Below, piece by piece: positions 50,447 to 50,996 of a stretch of 50,996 nucleotides of DNA. The DNA is from Desulfurobacterium sp. (GTDB taxonomy: Bacteria > Aquificota > Aquificia > Desulfurobacteriales > Desulfurobacteriaceae). The stretch lies in NCBI GenBank assembly GCA_026988135.1, contig JALSLT010000059.1:1-50996 (forward strand), in the 5' to 3' direction. The notes beneath the pieces are model-generated. The model saw only the letters and a list, made by a program, of their open reading frames with translations. It had not been told where the DNA came from and did no database searches. Made by a program: the position numbers and the translations under genes. Position 1 is the first letter of the stretch. Each line of letters opens with the position of its first letter.

Positions 50447-50996
50447 TAAAAGCAATAAAGAGAAATGGATTCACATTATATCTCTTTCGGTGATAGGTAT
50501 TCTTTTTTTGTTTTATTTGAAACACCTTAACTTTAAACCTGTATTTACAAGAGATAACATAAGGTTTCTTGTTTTTGGAATGCCGGGGGAGATAGGAGGG
50601 CTAACATTAACAATCATTATGACTATTATGGTTGTTCCTGTAAGTCTTTTTTTGGGTGCGTTAATTGCCGTGATGAGAAGTTCCAAAATTTTTAAGTGGC
50701 CTGCTACTTTTTATGTTGAAATAGTGAGAGCCACACCACTTATTATGGTGATTTTTTGGGTCTATTTTGCAATTCCCACATTTATCAGAGGAGTTACGGG
50801 AGAGGATGTTTCCGTTCAACCTGTTATTGCCGCTTTGATAGCTTTTTCCATTTTTACATCTGCTTATGTTGCTGAAATTATAAGAAGTGGTCTTAACTCT
50901 ATTTCGAAAGGGATAAGTGAAGCTGCTTTGAGTTTAGGGTTTTCAAAGCTTCAAATTTATCTTTATATAGTTATGCCTCTTGTTATAAAAAGGATG
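50424..50996 (+). CDS. second polar amino acid ABC transporter permease (3' truncated; not in the ORF track)
   Basis: ATG 50424 reads MAGAYLHNK...YVEIVRATPLIMVIFWVYF...SAYVAEIIRSG and stays open to the window end. Confidence 0.88.
   Translation, partial: MAGAYLHNKSNKEKWIHIISLSVIGILFLFYLKHLNFKPVFTRDNIRFLVFGMPGEIGGLTLTIIMTIMVVPVSLFLGALIAVMRSSKIFKWPATFYVEIVRATPLIMVIFWVYFAIPTFIRGVTGEDVSVQPVIAALIAFSIFTSAYVAEIIRSGLNSISKGISEAALSLGFSKLQIYLYIVMPLVIKRM

Overview
AT-rich, gene-dense bacterial chromosome segment. Gene content and protein style (compact Aquifex-type MutL, an Aquifex-like metallophosphoesterase, HypF, a frd/sdh-type operon, a diderm envelope with TolC and lipoproteins) suggest a thermophilic Aquificota, probably Desulfurobacteriaceae. 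This is inference, not a database result. Most of the window is housekeeping: an archaeal-like sdh/frd A-C-D-B operon, an AMIN amidase, epmA-argB-pfkB-aspS, rubrerythrin, truA-hypF-aminotransferase, clc-mutL-htpX-clc-coaBC-HAD, pilD, a globin-GGDEF-EAL protein, uvrA, ilvBNC, a pabB-like gene, an ahbD-like radical SAM gene, hemE, an EmrAB-TolC pump and a polar amino-acid ABC transporter. The main accessory element is a ~2.8 kb island (about 10.5-13.3 kb). There, two type II toxin-antitoxin pairs flank a TIR-domain gene whose first ~50 codons are missing from the ORF track, because the gene is split by a -1 frameshift at an X_XXY_YYZ heptamer (A AAT TTC). Other candidates for new biology: (1) a Cys-rich lipoprotein with dense N-x-T sequons paired with a TraF-like beta-barrel; (2) an AhbD-like gene and hemE separated by an inserted beta-helix lipoprotein; (3) a small AT-hook-like/ribbon-helix-helix protein; (4) two ClC paralogs with unusual selectivity motifs. 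I saw no rRNA, tRNA, CRISPR array or intact transposase.
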